A stretch of DNA of 62,639 bases, from contig CANRAI010000001.1 in NCBI GenBank assembly GCA_947628555.1, forward strand, positions 1-62,639. Reading direction: 5' to 3'. Positions within the stretch are counted from its first letter, which is position 1; every line of letters starts with the position of its first letter. Positions 42,482-51,502 of this stretch are shown piece after piece. The position numbers and the translations under genes were made by a program. This stretch comes from an uncultured Clostridia bacterium (GTDB lineage: Bacteria; Bacillota; Clostridia; Christensenellales; Borkfalkiaceae). The notes under the pieces were generated by a model. The model was not told the origin of the DNA. It was given only the letters and a program-made list of their open reading frames with translations, and ran no database searches.

Positions 42482-42510
42482 TTGACAATCGGGATAATTT
42501 ATGATATATT
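42482..42510 (+). promoter_or_regulatory. putative sigma-A promoter of tRNA-Ser
   Basis: TTGACA, a 17-nt spacer, then TATATT. It lies about 30 nt upstream of the tRNA 5' end. Confidence 0.6.
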
Positions 42511-42539
42511 TATTAAGCTTTAATTGAATTTGACGTTGA

Positions 42540-42630
42540 GCGGACGTACCCAAGTGGCTCAAGGGGCTCCCCTGCTAAGGGAGTAGTACGGGAAACCGTA
42601 GCGCGAGTTCAAATCTCGCCATCCGCGCCA
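42540..42630 (+). tRNA. tRNA-Ser (anticodon GCU), CCA encoded
   Basis: Hand-folded cloverleaf of 91 nt. The acceptor GCGGACG / CATCCGC has one C:A mismatch. It has a 3-bp D stem, anticodon stem CTCCC / GGGAG with loop CTGCTAA, a long variable arm (TACGG-GAAA-CCGTA), T arm GCGAG-TTCAAAT-CTCGC, discriminator G and CCA. Confidence 0.85.
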
Positions 42631-42634
42631 AAAA

Positions 42635-42662
42635 GAGGACAGGTTTTCCCTGTCCTCTTTTT
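42635..42662 (+). terminator. intrinsic terminator after tRNA-Ser
   Basis: 9-bp stem GAGGACAGG / CCTGTCCTC followed by TTTTT. Confidence 0.8.
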
Positions 42663-42743
42663 GGCGCGACAAACTGTTGCCGAAGCAAACATATCCGCTT
42701 TTACGCAGCGAAATGCGGGATACGTACCCGAATATTCGCAGTC

Positions 42744-43208
42744 TTACATAATTATTGTGCCGTCTTCCGTTCTGTTGAACGGCTCTATAAGAACGAAGTG
42801 CGGCGAACAGTAAATGACTGAGCCGTTATCGGTAATCGGCGGGGTGTGCACGCAATCGCGGGAACGGCAATCCGACTCGGTAACCGAAACGCTGCGCGCC
42901 GAACCGTCTATGCGGACGATATTATATCCGTTCTCCGCGGTTATCTTTAAAATAAGGACGTTTCCCGACTTTTCCGTAATCTCCGCGCAGCCGTCAATTA
43001 TTTCGTAAGAGTTTTCTTCGAAATCGTACTCGAAAACAATTTTATCGCGGACGTATATGTGTATTCCGCGCAAATCGCCGCCGTCGCGGGTGAGAAAAAG
43101 CGCAAAAAAAAGCGCCGCGGCAAACGCCGCGATAACGCCGTAAATTATCAGGTCGGCAAGCCTGAAAAGCTTGTCGCCTTTTACCTGTTCTACCTTTTTA
43201 AGCGACAT
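42744..43208 (-). CDS. NusG domain II-containing membrane-anchored protein
   Basis: 154 aa. It has an N-terminal TM helix and a C-terminal segment (VTESDCRSRDCVHTPPITDNGSVIYCSPHFVLIE) that matches the NusG_II-like pattern CP.K.C...G.I...G..I.CLP......I. Such proteins are commonly found next to apbE. Confidence 0.65.
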   Translation of the reverse strand: MSLKKVEQVKGDKLFRLADLIIYGVIAAFAAALFFALFLTRDGGDLRGIHIYVRDKIVFEYDFEENSYEIIDGCAEITEKSGNVLILKITAENGYNIVRIDGSARSVSVTESDCRSRDCVHTPPITDNGSVIYCSPHFVLIEPFNRTEDGTIIM

Positions 43209-43279
43209 TTATCTGCTCCGATTTCCGAAAAAATTCCGTTACCTGTTCGTTATTGCGCATATGCGGCGGCGTGAAAACG

Positions 43280-44449
43280 TCAGATTTCGCATACCGTATA
43301 GCGTGTATCGGTCAACGTAAACCCTTCCGCGCCCATATTTGTGTAAAGTTTCAAGCCGTCGCCGCGGTCGAGCGTAAAAACAACTCTCCTTCCGGACAGC
43401 TTTTCTTTTATGAATTTTTGCGCTTTTTCCGCACCCATTGCCATTATTGCAGTAGTAAGCGCATCGTTTTCCGCGGCGGAACCGCCCGCCACCGAAGCCG
43501 AAGCGACGCCGCTTTGCACAGGTCTGCCGCTGAAAGGGTCAAACACGTGGCACAGCCTTTCGTCAACTCCGTCGCCGTCGGTATCCAGCATAAAATAGTT
43601 TACGTTATCGCCGCTGGTAGAAAGACAATCGTCCATAATCGGAAAACTTATGTATTCCTGCGGGTCGGAAAAGCTGCCGTTTTCCACCTGCCTGCGCGGA
43701 TTGGAAAGTTTCATTGTAAGATTGTTGCCGTCCGCGGGAAATTTTTTTACGGCTATACTGCTTGAACCGAAGCTGAAATATCCGAACCCGAAACCGCGGC
43801 TGTCCATAACGGCGCTTACACTGTCTGCGGCGTAGCCCTTCGCAACACCGCCCAAATCAATTTTCATCGACAAAACCCGCCCCCCGACTTCTACGGTAAA
43901 TTCGGGCTTGACCGCATAAAATTTTCCGTCCGCTTCTTCCAGCTTCAACTCGCCGAAGTGCGAAGAAAGCGATACGTATTCAGTTATTTCTTTGTCGTCG
44001 GGCAATTCTTCCCGCGAACGGGGAAAATTTTCGTCCGAACCGTTGAAGCCGTAGGCATATAAGCTGTAATAAACGGCGGGGTTGTAATAGCCCTCCGTCA
44101 TTCGGTAAACGTTTTCGGAAATAGTGAGGACCTCGTAAGTTTCCGCCGAAATTTCCACTTTTTCACCCGCTGCTGCGTCGTTAAAACGCGATACGTCCGA
44201 AGTTTTTTCGGTTGCGGACAACTTTTTATCGAGGTCTTGAATAAGTTTGCGAACCTCTTCCGCAAGGGCTTCGAAACGCGCGTCGAACCCGTTTTCTCCG
44301 CCGTGCACGTACGCGACAAGTTCGGCGGTGCTATTCATAACGTCATAGTACGTTCTGCGCCTGTATTTCACCTCGCCGCCGCAACCGCATATAATCGTCA
44401 GCAGGGAAAGCCCCGCAAGCGTTGACACAAACAGTTTTTTCACGGTCAT
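43280..44449 (-). CDS. apbE: FAD:protein FMN transferase (ApbE family) lipoprotein
   Basis: 389 aa with lipobox IICGC. The motif LGGVAKGYAAD matches the ApbE GG(I/V)AKGYA signature. Confidence 0.8.
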   Translation of the reverse strand: MTVKKLFVSTLAGLSLLTIICGCGGEVKYRRRTYYDVMNSTAELVAYVHGGENGFDARFEALAEEVRKLIQDLDKKLSATEKTSDVSRFNDAAAGEKVEISAETYEVLTISENVYRMTEGYYNPAVYYSLYAYGFNGSDENFPRSREELPDDKEITEYVSLSSHFGELKLEEADGKFYAVKPEFTVEVGGRVLSMKIDLGGVAKGYAADSVSAVMDSRGFGFGYFSFGSSSIAVKKFPADGNNLTMKLSNPRRQVENGSFSDPQEYISFPIMDDCLSTSGDNVNYFMLDTDGDGVDERLCHVFDPFSGRPVQSGVASASVAGGSAAENDALTTAIMAMGAEKAQKFIKEKLSGRRVVFTLDRGDGLKLYTNMGAEGFTLTDTRYTVCEI

Positions 44450-44529
44450 AATTATAGATTATAAATTCCGTCAAGTCAAATAATTCGCGGCGGGCGCGAT
44501 TCCGCGCCCGCCGCTTCATTATAATAAAT

Positions 44530-45414
44530 TTAATTTTCCGCGTTCCCGACTTCTTCCGCGGTTTCAGCCTTTGCCTCCGCGCTTTTAAGTTCGGGATGTT
44601 TCATAAATTTGGAGAACACGTACGTCTGTAAAAATACGTATCCCACTCCCGCCGCAACCATTACCAAAGACCATATCTGGGAAGGCGAAAGCGCCGAGCC
44701 TATAAATTCGCCGCGCGCATCGCCGCGGACAAATTCTATGAAAAATCTCCACATACCGTACGCGAAAAGATAGAGCGCAAAGTTGTAATTAAAGCGGAAT
44801 TTGAAATACAGAAGCGCCATAACCGCGGCAAGAATCAACAGGAAAAACATTTCGAAAAGCTGCGTAGGGATAACAAGCTGTTCGGAATGTACTCCATTAG
44901 GCGCGGAACAGGCAAGCCCCACCCAGCTGTCCGTAGGCAAGCCGTAACAGCAACCGCCGAAAAAACAGCCCAAACGCCCGAAAGCGTGCGCGATACATAT
45001 GGCTATCGGAATGAAAGGCAAAGCGTCGGTCAACGTCGCGTTCATATTGTTTTGCAGAAATTTTATCTTCGTGCGGGGGGCTATTACATAAATATACAAT
45101 AGATAAATCCCCACGAAACTTACCACTCCGCCGATAAGTCCGCCCAAAAAGGTCATACTGCCGTTCAGCCTGAACCCCGCGGAGGGATTCTCTATAAAAT
45201 TATACAGCGACTGGAAGAGCATGGCGGCAAAAATTCCGAAAGCCGTGCCGAAAAATCCGATGAATATTATTTTATCGGAAGCGTCGTTGTTGAACTTCAT
45301 TTTAGACATTGTGAACATAAGAAAAAGGAAGCACAGCACGATTCCCGCCGCCATACAAAGACCGTACGCGTAAACGCCCACACTTCCTATTTTAAACAAA
45401 GGCTCGGGATGCAT
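44530..45414 (-). CDS. lgt: prolipoprotein diacylglyceryl transferase
   Basis: 294 aa polytopic protein. The Lgt signature region is HAFGRLGCFFGGCCYG. Confidence 0.85.
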   Translation of the reverse strand: MHPEPLFKIGSVGVYAYGLCMAAGIVLCFLFLMFTMSKMKFNNDASDKIIFIGFFGTAFGIFAAMLFQSLYNFIENPSAGFRLNGSMTFLGGLIGGVVSFVGIYLLYIYVIAPRTKIKFLQNNMNATLTDALPFIPIAICIAHAFGRLGCFFGGCCYGLPTDSWVGLACSAPNGVHSEQLVIPTQLFEMFFLLILAAVMALLYFKFRFNYNFALYLFAYGMWRFFIEFVRGDARGEFIGSALSPSQIWSLVMVAAGVGYVFLQTYVFSKFMKHPELKSAEAKAETAEEVGNAEN

Positions 45415-45521
45415 AGTTTACCTCCTTAACTATATTAACGGCTATAACCGCCATTCGCATATAATTATAACCGCGCAGTAAACATAAGTCAAATATTTGT
45501 TAAAGTAAATTTATGTAAGCG

Positions 45522-47012
45522 CTATTCGCGCTCCCTGTCCCCCTGTTTTGCCGCCCCTTCCGCTAAATTACAGGACGGTTCGGCGGATGATACGCAGGAA
45601 GATTCCTCGGTCAAACCGTCAGGTGTTGAAAAAGATTTTTTGGCGCGGGGAAAGAGTTTTACGCCTTTAAGACAACGTATGTTTATGTAGAATACGACGG
45701 CGAGCACGGTGCTTATACACCAGCCTATCGCCCACGCCCAGCACACGCCGGAAAAGCCCCAGCCCGCCCCGACGAGTATATACACCAGCGCGACCCGAAG
45801 AATAAGGTCGGTAAACGTGCTTACGGCGAAGCCGATATTCCCGCCGCAGCCGCGCACAGCGCCGTCCGCCACGATTTTCAGACATACCACGGGCAAAAAA
45901 CAGGAAACGGTAGTCAAAAACCGGACGGAATACGCCATAGCGTCATCCGTCAGTTTTTCGCTCTGCACGAAAAGCCGCGTAAGCTGTTCGGGCATACACA
46001 CGAACAACAGCACAAAGCATACGCTTGTAACTAAGGCAAAAGTAAGAACAGCCACAAATCCTTGGCGTATTCTTTCGTATTCTTTCGCAGATTTGTTCTG
46101 CGAAGCGAAATTCGCAAGCCCGTTCGTCATGCTCACGACTCCCATATTCGCCATACCTATAAGCTTGAACGCCGTCGTAAAGCCCGTAGTGGCGTCCTCG
46201 CCTATAAGATTTATGCGCTTGCCGACGAAGAAATTCCCTACCGACACGAAGGACTGTTGAAGTATGAGCGGCACGGAAGCCGCCGTCAGTTCTTTCAAAA
46301 GTCCACAGTCGAATTTTTTTGCCTTTTCTTCGGAACGTATCGAATTAAGCTTGCGGACAAGCACTATAACCGTAAGAACGCAGGATATCGCCTGCGATAT
46401 CAGCGTAGCCCATGCGGCACCAGCAACGTCGAGATGGAGAACGCAGACCATAAGAAGGTCGAGCCCCACATTGAGTACGGAAGATATGACGAGGAAAATA
46501 AACGGAGTTTTAGAATCGCCGAGGGCGGAGCATATTCCGCACCCGAGGTTATAGAGGAACACGAACGGCATGGAAGCCGTGTATATGTACAAATATGCAA
46601 TACAGTCTTCAAAGTAACTGCCGTGCACGCTCAGCGCCGAAAGAAGTTGCCGCCCGAAGCCCAGCCCCACTGCCATTACAGCGGCGCAAAGTACGGCGAA
46701 AGAAATTAAAGACGTATTTACCGTTTCCCTGACTTTTACATTGTCTTTCGCGCCGAAATGGCGGGCGATAACAACCGAACAGCCGCCGTTCGCGCCGAGC
46801 GCAAAGGCGAGCAGGATATTTATTACGTTAGTCGCGTTGCCCACTGCGTCAACCGCAAGCGCGCCTTCCGCCGCGAAATTGCCCACTACAAGCAAATCGA
46901 CAAGCGAATACAGCTGCTGGACCATTGCGCTTCCGAACAGCGGAAGGGAATATTTAAGCAACGTGGACCATACCCCGCCGCGCGTCAAGTCAAAAGTTTT
47001 AGCCCTTTCCAT
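45522..47012 (-). CDS. MATE family efflux transporter with a roughly 45-aa C-terminal tail
   Basis: 496 aa with 12 predicted TM helices. The N-terminus (VWSTLLKYSLPLFGSAMVQQLYSLVDLLVVG) is typical of MATE/NorM-like proteins. Confidence 0.85.
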   Translation of the reverse strand: MERAKTFDLTRGGVWSTLLKYSLPLFGSAMVQQLYSLVDLLVVGNFAAEGALAVDAVGNATNVINILLAFALGANGGCSVVIARHFGAKDNVKVRETVNTSLISFAVLCAAVMAVGLGFGRQLLSALSVHGSYFEDCIAYLYIYTASMPFVFLYNLGCGICSALGDSKTPFIFLVISSVLNVGLDLLMVCVLHLDVAGAAWATLISQAISCVLTVIVLVRKLNSIRSEEKAKKFDCGLLKELTAASVPLILQQSFVSVGNFFVGKRINLIGEDATTGFTTAFKLIGMANMGVVSMTNGLANFASQNKSAKEYERIRQGFVAVLTFALVTSVCFVLLFVCMPEQLTRLFVQSEKLTDDAMAYSVRFLTTVSCFLPVVCLKIVADGAVRGCGGNIGFAVSTFTDLILRVALVYILVGAGWGFSGVCWAWAIGWCISTVLAVVFYINIRCLKGVKLFPRAKKSFSTPDGLTEESSCVSSAEPSCNLAEGAAKQGDRERE

Positions 47013-47056
47013 ACCGACATATTATAAGTTTTTCCGACAGAAAAATCAAGAAAATA

Positions 47057-47095
47057 GCAAGCGCCGCGCGGAAATTTTTTCCGCGCGGCGCTTGC
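47057..47095. terminator. strong GC hairpin with A/T flanks
   Basis: GCAAGCGCCGCGCGG-aaatttttt-CCGCGCGGCGCTTGC. It lies downstream of the SSB-like gene on the minus strand. Confidence 0.6.
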
Positions 47096-47120
47096 CGGAT
47101 ATCCGATAAAATTGCAATCC

Positions 47121-47146
47121 GCGTCGGCGGGCTATGGCGCCGACGC
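47121..47146 (-). terminator. hairpin immediately downstream of the SSB-like gene
   Basis: GCGTCGGCG-ggctatgg-CGCCGACGC, located 21 nt after the stop at 47167. Confidence 0.45.
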
Positions 47147-47166
47147 GCATATAGTTTCAAACGTTG

Positions 47167-47853
47167 TTATTCGTTGGTTTCATACGCTTTGGGAGAGGAA
47201 TAAAGGTCAAATTCCTCGTCTATGTCGAATTGGCTGTCGTCGTCGAACGCGGCGAGTTTGGAAATGGAAACTTCGTACGCGGTCATCGTCACAAAACTTT
47301 CGTCCGGCTGCTTTTTCTGGTATTCCCTGCTTTGTATCCTGCCGGAAAGTGCAACCCTGTCGCCCACCTGCAAATTGCGCACGAACCGCGCGTTTCTGCC
47401 CCAGGCTATCGCGGGGATATAGTCGGACTTGTTGTAGCTGCGGTTTACGGCTATAAGAAGGTCTGCGATTTCCCTGTTGAACGGCGTGGTGCGGTAAACG
47501 GGCGGCTTGCAGATGTAGCCCGAAAGGACTATGGAATTGGGATTTTTGCCCGGCTGCGTTTCAAGAAGCTCGCGCACGAAAACGGTGAGCATCAGGCGGG
47601 ATTTCCCTCCTTCGAGCTTATTATAGCTTCTGAATTGCCCCAGCGCGCAAATCGTGCCGCCTACTTTCATCTCGGGCGTCATTATCCTTTCCGATACCGT
47701 CACGGGCAGAATGTCCGCCTGGCCCGAAAGCCGCATAACTTTAACGTAAAATTCGTAAAATCCTTCGCCATAGACTTCGTGGGAAAATTTTGCTTCGGAA
47801 GTAATTTCTCCGTAAAGATATACCTTGTTGTTTTTCTCCGCATTGTAATTCAT
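47167..47853 (-). CDS. single-stranded DNA-binding protein-like, tandem OB-fold
   Basis: About 228 aa. Two internally similar roughly 95-aa halves each start N-x-V-x-L-x-G. The acidic C-terminal tail reads DDDSQFDIDEEFDLY. The ATG at 47853 has a GGAGG SD, while the track start at 47865 is a TTG. Confidence 0.6.
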   Translation of the reverse strand: MNYNAEKNNKVYLYGEITSEAKFSHEVYGEGFYEFYVKVMRLSGQADILPVTVSERIMTPEMKVGGTICALGQFRSYNKLEGGKSRLMLTVFVRELLETQPGKNPNSIVLSGYICKPPVYRTTPFNREIADLLIAVNRSYNKSDYIPAIAWGRNARFVRNLQVGDRVALSGRIQSREYQKKQPDESFVTMTAYEVSISKLAAFDDDSQFDIDEEFDLYSSPKAYETNE

Positions 47854-47923
47854 ATATGCCTCCAAAAAATGTATTTCTTGAAAAAAGGTAATATGTTCGC
47901 GTTAAATGCCCCGAACAAACGCT

Positions 47924-48754
47924 TCATTGCGCCCGCTGCTGTCTGCCCGTTCCGTCGATAGTATAGCCGTCCCTGAAAATCAGTTCGCCGACCGGCACGA
48001 AGGTATAGCCGCGGTTTTTCAACGTTTCCAGAATTATGGGGACAGCTTCCGCCGTATGCAGACCGTTGTTATGCAACAGAATTATAGAGCCGCTCTTTAC
48101 TCCGTTGATGACGCGCATTGCGATATCCGAAGCGGACAGGTTTTTCCAATCGAGACTATCCACGTCCCACTGTATAGTGTAGTAGCCCAGCTCGGTGGCG
48201 GTTTTGATAAGTTCGTCGTCATAATCGCCGTACGGGGGGCGGAAAAGTTCAACGTCCTTGCCCGTAACCGTTTTTATCGCTTCGGAAGAAGAGGTAAGCT
48301 CCTTTTTAATTTCCTCCGAATTAAGCTTAGACATATAGGAATGAGTAGCCGAATGTGTTCCTATTTCGCAGCCGCTTTCATCGATTTTTTTTACGTACTG
48401 CGGGTATTTCTCCGTCCAGAATTCGACCATAAAGAAAGTCGCGCGGACGTTGGAAGCTTTCAGGGCGGAAAGAATTCCGTCAGTATGCTCCGTGCCCCAG
48501 GCGCAGTCGAACGTGATGGAAATAAGCTTGTCGTCCCGCCCTACGCTGTAAATAGGCACAAGACGTGGCGATAAGTTATAATAAACCGCATATGCGTTGG
48601 TAAACCGAGCGGAAAGGCACAGCACGACGGCGACAAGAACCGCCGCCGCGCCCGCGGCGCAGGACTTTAATTTGAATACACCAACCAATTTCTTTGTCTC
48701 CGATTTTAACACCTTTCCATATGCATAATTTGCCGAATAATGGGCAAGGTGCAC
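47924..48754 (-). CDS. polysaccharide deacetylase (NodB homology domain), membrane-anchored
   Basis: 276 aa with an N-terminal TM helix. Motifs FDCAWG, HSATHSYM and LLHNN resemble PdaA/PdaB-type deacetylases. Confidence 0.8.
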   Translation of the reverse strand: MHLAHYSANYAYGKVLKSETKKLVGVFKLKSCAAGAAAVLVAVVLCLSARFTNAYAVYYNLSPRLVPIYSVGRDDKLISITFDCAWGTEHTDGILSALKASNVRATFFMVEFWTEKYPQYVKKIDESGCEIGTHSATHSYMSKLNSEEIKKELTSSSEAIKTVTGKDVELFRPPYGDYDDELIKTATELGYYTIQWDVDSLDWKNLSASDIAMRVINGVKSGSIILLHNNGLHTAEAVPIILETLKNRGYTFVPVGELIFRDGYTIDGTGRQQRAQ

Positions 48755-48868
48755 TAATTTTTTAGAATCTTTTTACGGTTTATCTTATTCCGCACCCGGA
48801 AAGTTTATTACTTAAAATGCGATATCTTCTTTATCGGATTCGCCGAAATCCGCGAACCGTATAAAAAG

Positions 48869-48903
48869 AAGCGTGCGGGCGTCTTAAAAGACGCCCGCAC
48901 GCT
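48869..48903 (-). terminator. intrinsic terminator of galE
   Basis: Perfect hairpin AAGCGTGCGGGCGTCTT / AAGACGCCCGCACGCTT, followed on the minus strand by CTTTTTAT. Confidence 0.75.
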
Positions 48904-48933
48904 TTTCAAATTGCGACAAAACTCAACACGTTC

Positions 48934-49953
48934 CTACATTTTATAGCCTTTGGGGTTCATATGCTGCCACTTCCAAAGGGATTTGCACATATCGTCTATT
49001 CCGAACTCTGCGCGCCAGCCAAGCTCCCTAAAAGCCTTAGAACAGTCGGCGTAACATTCCGCGATATCGCCCGCGCGGCGGGGCTTTATTACATAGGGCA
49101 GCTTCTTTCCGCAAGCCTTTTCGAAAGCGCGGATGACTTCCAGCACGCTGTACCCTTTGCCCGTGCCCAGATTGTAAATATGCACGCCGCTTTTCGAAAT
49201 TTTTTCAAGCGCCGCGACGTGTCCCCTCGCCAAATCAACTACGTGGATATAATCGCGGACTCCCGTGCCGTCCGGCGTGGGATAATCGTTGCCGAAAACC
49301 CCTATCTCTTTCAATTCCCCTATCGCGACTTTCGCTATATAGGGCGTAAGATTGTTGGGGATACCCTGCGGGTCCTCGCCTATAAGCCCGCTTTCGTGCG
49401 CGCCTATGGGATTGAAATACCTCAAAAGCACAACCGTCCATTCGTTGTCGGAGGCATAGAGGTCTTTTAAAATCACTTCCTGAAAGTATTTGGAAGTGCC
49501 GTAAGGATTGGTAGTGCCGCCTACCCTGCAACTTTCGTCGAGGGGCAGCCTTTCGGGCGCGCCGTAAACCGTCGCGGACGAAGAAAATATAATCTTTTTG
49601 CACCCGTGCGCGCGCATCGCGCCCACAAGCGAAAGCGTGCCGTTTATGTTGTTGTCGTAGTACTCCAACGGCATTCTGCACGACTCGCCAACCGCTTTAA
49701 GTCCCGCGAAATGCACCGCACATTCTATTTTATGAGCGCCGAAGATTTTATCGAGCAAAGCGCCGTCGCGGACGTCGCCCTCGTACAGCGCGATTTTTTT
49801 GCCCGTTATTTTCTCCACCCGCTTTAAACTTTCGGGCGAAGAATTGGAAAAATTATCCAAAACCACAACCCCGTAGCCGCTGTTCAAAAGTTCCACGCAG
49901 GTATGCGAGCCTATATATCCCGCTCCCCCCGTCACAAGAATGTTCCTTTCCAT
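48934..49953 (-). CDS. galE: UDP-glucose 4-epimerase
   Basis: 339 aa. It has the NAD-binding motif VTGGAGYIGSH and the catalytic YGTSK motif. Confidence 0.92.
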   Translation of the reverse strand: MERNILVTGGAGYIGSHTCVELLNSGYGVVVLDNFSNSSPESLKRVEKITGKKIALYEGDVRDGALLDKIFGAHKIECAVHFAGLKAVGESCRMPLEYYDNNINGTLSLVGAMRAHGCKKIIFSSSATVYGAPERLPLDESCRVGGTTNPYGTSKYFQEVILKDLYASDNEWTVVLLRYFNPIGAHESGLIGEDPQGIPNNLTPYIAKVAIGELKEIGVFGNDYPTPDGTGVRDYIHVVDLARGHVAALEKISKSGVHIYNLGTGKGYSVLEVIRAFEKACGKKLPYVIKPRRAGDIAECYADCSKAFRELGWRAEFGIDDMCKSLWKWQHMNPKGYKM

Positions 49954-50045
49954 AATTTACTCCCTCTGAAAAATTATAACTTTAATCTCGGCAAAAGTCA
50001 ACACTTTTGGGATTAAATGCGATACGTATCGCGTTTTCGGGAAAA

Positions 50046-50076
50046 GCCCGCCCCTTCGGTGAACGAAGGGGCGGGC
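50046..50076 (-). terminator. intrinsic terminator downstream of the coat-F gene
   Basis: Hairpin GCCCGCCCCTTCG / CGAAGGGGCGGGC, followed on the minus strand by TTTTCCC. Confidence 0.7.
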
Positions 50077-50115
50077 CGCAATTTTTAAATATTTTGCGCT
50101 TTGATTTGTAAAATT

Positions 50116-50409
50116 TTATTGCGCTTTAAGCTGGCTTTTCTGCTTTTTGTAGGTTTCGTTGGCGGTGTCGATAAGATTTTTGTTCGCGGGCTGGGGCTGA
50201 TAGTAGCCGCGGGACGACATCTGCGTGAACAGACAATACTGGTTTTCTGCAACTCCCATAAGGTTTGTGGAAAAGTTTTTGCGCATGGACTTGGTGCTGC
50301 CTTCGAAAAGAGCCGTAGTGTAAATGGTCATAAGCTGCTTTTCCGATTCCAGCATATCCTGCAATGCGTCCTTTTCGTTCAGGGTGACGTCGCTTTTGGT
50401 AAGTTTCAT
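50116..50409 (-). CDS. spore coat protein, Coat F domain
   Basis: 97 aa. LNEKDALQDMLESEKQLMTIYTTALFEGSTKSMRKNF...SSRGYY fits the Coat_F pattern. Confidence 0.65.
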   Translation of the reverse strand: MKLTKSDVTLNEKDALQDMLESEKQLMTIYTTALFEGSTKSMRKNFSTNLMGVAENQYCLFTQMSSRGYYQPQPANKNLIDTANETYKKQKSQLKAQ

Positions 50410-50411
50410 TT

Positions 50412-50600
50412 TTAGCCTCCTATGATGTTCAGAAGCGCGTTGTAGCGCTGTTCGTGTTCGTCTGCAATAGTGCTCATTACCTGCGCCAAATCCACGTCCG
50501 TCAAGGTCTTGGAATAGGCGCGCGCCTTTTTGCAGATAAGTCCTTCCGCCGTAAGGGCGTCGGAGATGAGTTCAAGTTCCTTTGAAGTTATATCCTGCAT
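50412..50600 (-). CDS. small helical protein paired with the coat-F gene
   Basis: 62 aa, with a 2-nt gap to the downstream coat-F ORF. I recognise no clear motif. Confidence 0.4.
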   Translation of the reverse strand: MQDITSKELELISDALTAEGLICKKARAYSKTLTDVDLAQVMSTIADEHEQRYNALLNIIGG

Positions 50601-50656
50601 TTAAAATACCTCCGCCCTTGTTATAGCCGAACAAAGGATTTTTAATACTTACCTTG

Positions 50657-51502
50657 CTATTCCGATTTTTTTGCGCCCGAAAACGCGCCGAAAATATCTT
50701 CGCTTACCCCCTCGCCGTGGTCTTTCAAAAGCTTGTAATATTTATCCTCCGAAAAATCGCGCTCCTTGTTGTACTCCCCGCCGAGTGCCTCTATTGCAAA
50801 CCTCAACTCCCTGTATTCGAGGTATGAAATGCCCTCCTCGTCGATTTTGTCGAGAAGATAAGGCAGCGCGCGTTCGTCGCCGTACGCGGCGAGATATCCC
50901 GCGTGCAGGCAGATATTTTCTATATCCCCGCGGAATACTTTGATAAGGATATCGAAAATCCTATCGTCTTTTATAACGCAGCGGGAAAGAATTTCGCACA
51001 TATATTCGGTCTCTACGCCGCCGTTGAAATTTTCAATGGCTTTCTCCGCCACAAGGTCTGCCTTTTCTTTTATAAGGTCGGCGCATCGGTTTTTCACGTC
51101 CCCGTCGCCGCAGGCGGAAAGGATTTCCATATACTTGCCCATCGCCCTGTCGTCCGAGCCTATCAGATTCATGGCGTACTCGCGTTCGGAACCGCTCCCG
51201 TCCAGCATAGGCAGAAGTTTTTCCGTAAGGTCGCGCCCGTATATTTCGTCGCACAGAAATTCTGGTACGGGCACCCCGCTTTTTAAATGCTGTTTAAGGC
51301 ACTTTACAAGGTCGTCGTCCGACATTTCTGCATAATACTGCCGCGGCGTCATTCCGAGGGATTTCACTTCTGTATCGCCGAATTTGTTATACAGCTTGGG
51401 GATTATGTCCTCCCATTCCTCCTCATTGAATTTTTGGGAATTTTTTGCGATATACGCGCTCAGTTTTTCGTCGAACATGGCGTCGAAATCGTACAGCTTC
51501 AA
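50657..51502 (-). CDS. hypothetical protein, alpha-helical (HEAT-like)
   Basis: 281 aa, acidic and helical. It overlaps the upstream TPR gene by 4 nt (ATGA). Confidence 0.5.
   Translation of the reverse strand: MKLYDFDAMFDEKLSAYIAKNSQKFNEEEWEDIIPKLYNKFGDTEVKSLGMTPRQYYAEMSDDDLVKCLKQHLKSGVPVPEFLCDEIYGRDLTEKLLPMLDGSGSEREYAMNLIGSDDRAMGKYMEILSACGDGDVKNRCADLIKEKADLVAEKAIENFNGGVETEYMCEILSRCVIKDDRIFDILIKVFRGDIENICLHAGYLAAYGDERALPYLLDKIDEEGISYLEYRELRFAIEALGGEYNKERDFSEDKYYKLLKDHGEGVSEDIFGAFSGAKKSE

Noticed and set aside
42540-42630. tRNA-Ser as the boundary of a horizontally acquired island containing the giant-gene train.
   Set aside because: I could find no integrase, no recombinase and no direct repeat of the tRNA 3' end in the window. 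Adjacency alone is insufficient.
44450-44480. A possible third leaderless gene (apbE), since TATAAT lies 8 nt upstream of its ATG and there is no SD.
   Set aside because: No acceptable -35 element lies at a 16-18 nt spacing. The region directly follows the lgt terminator hairpin, so the promoter assignment is too uncertain to report.
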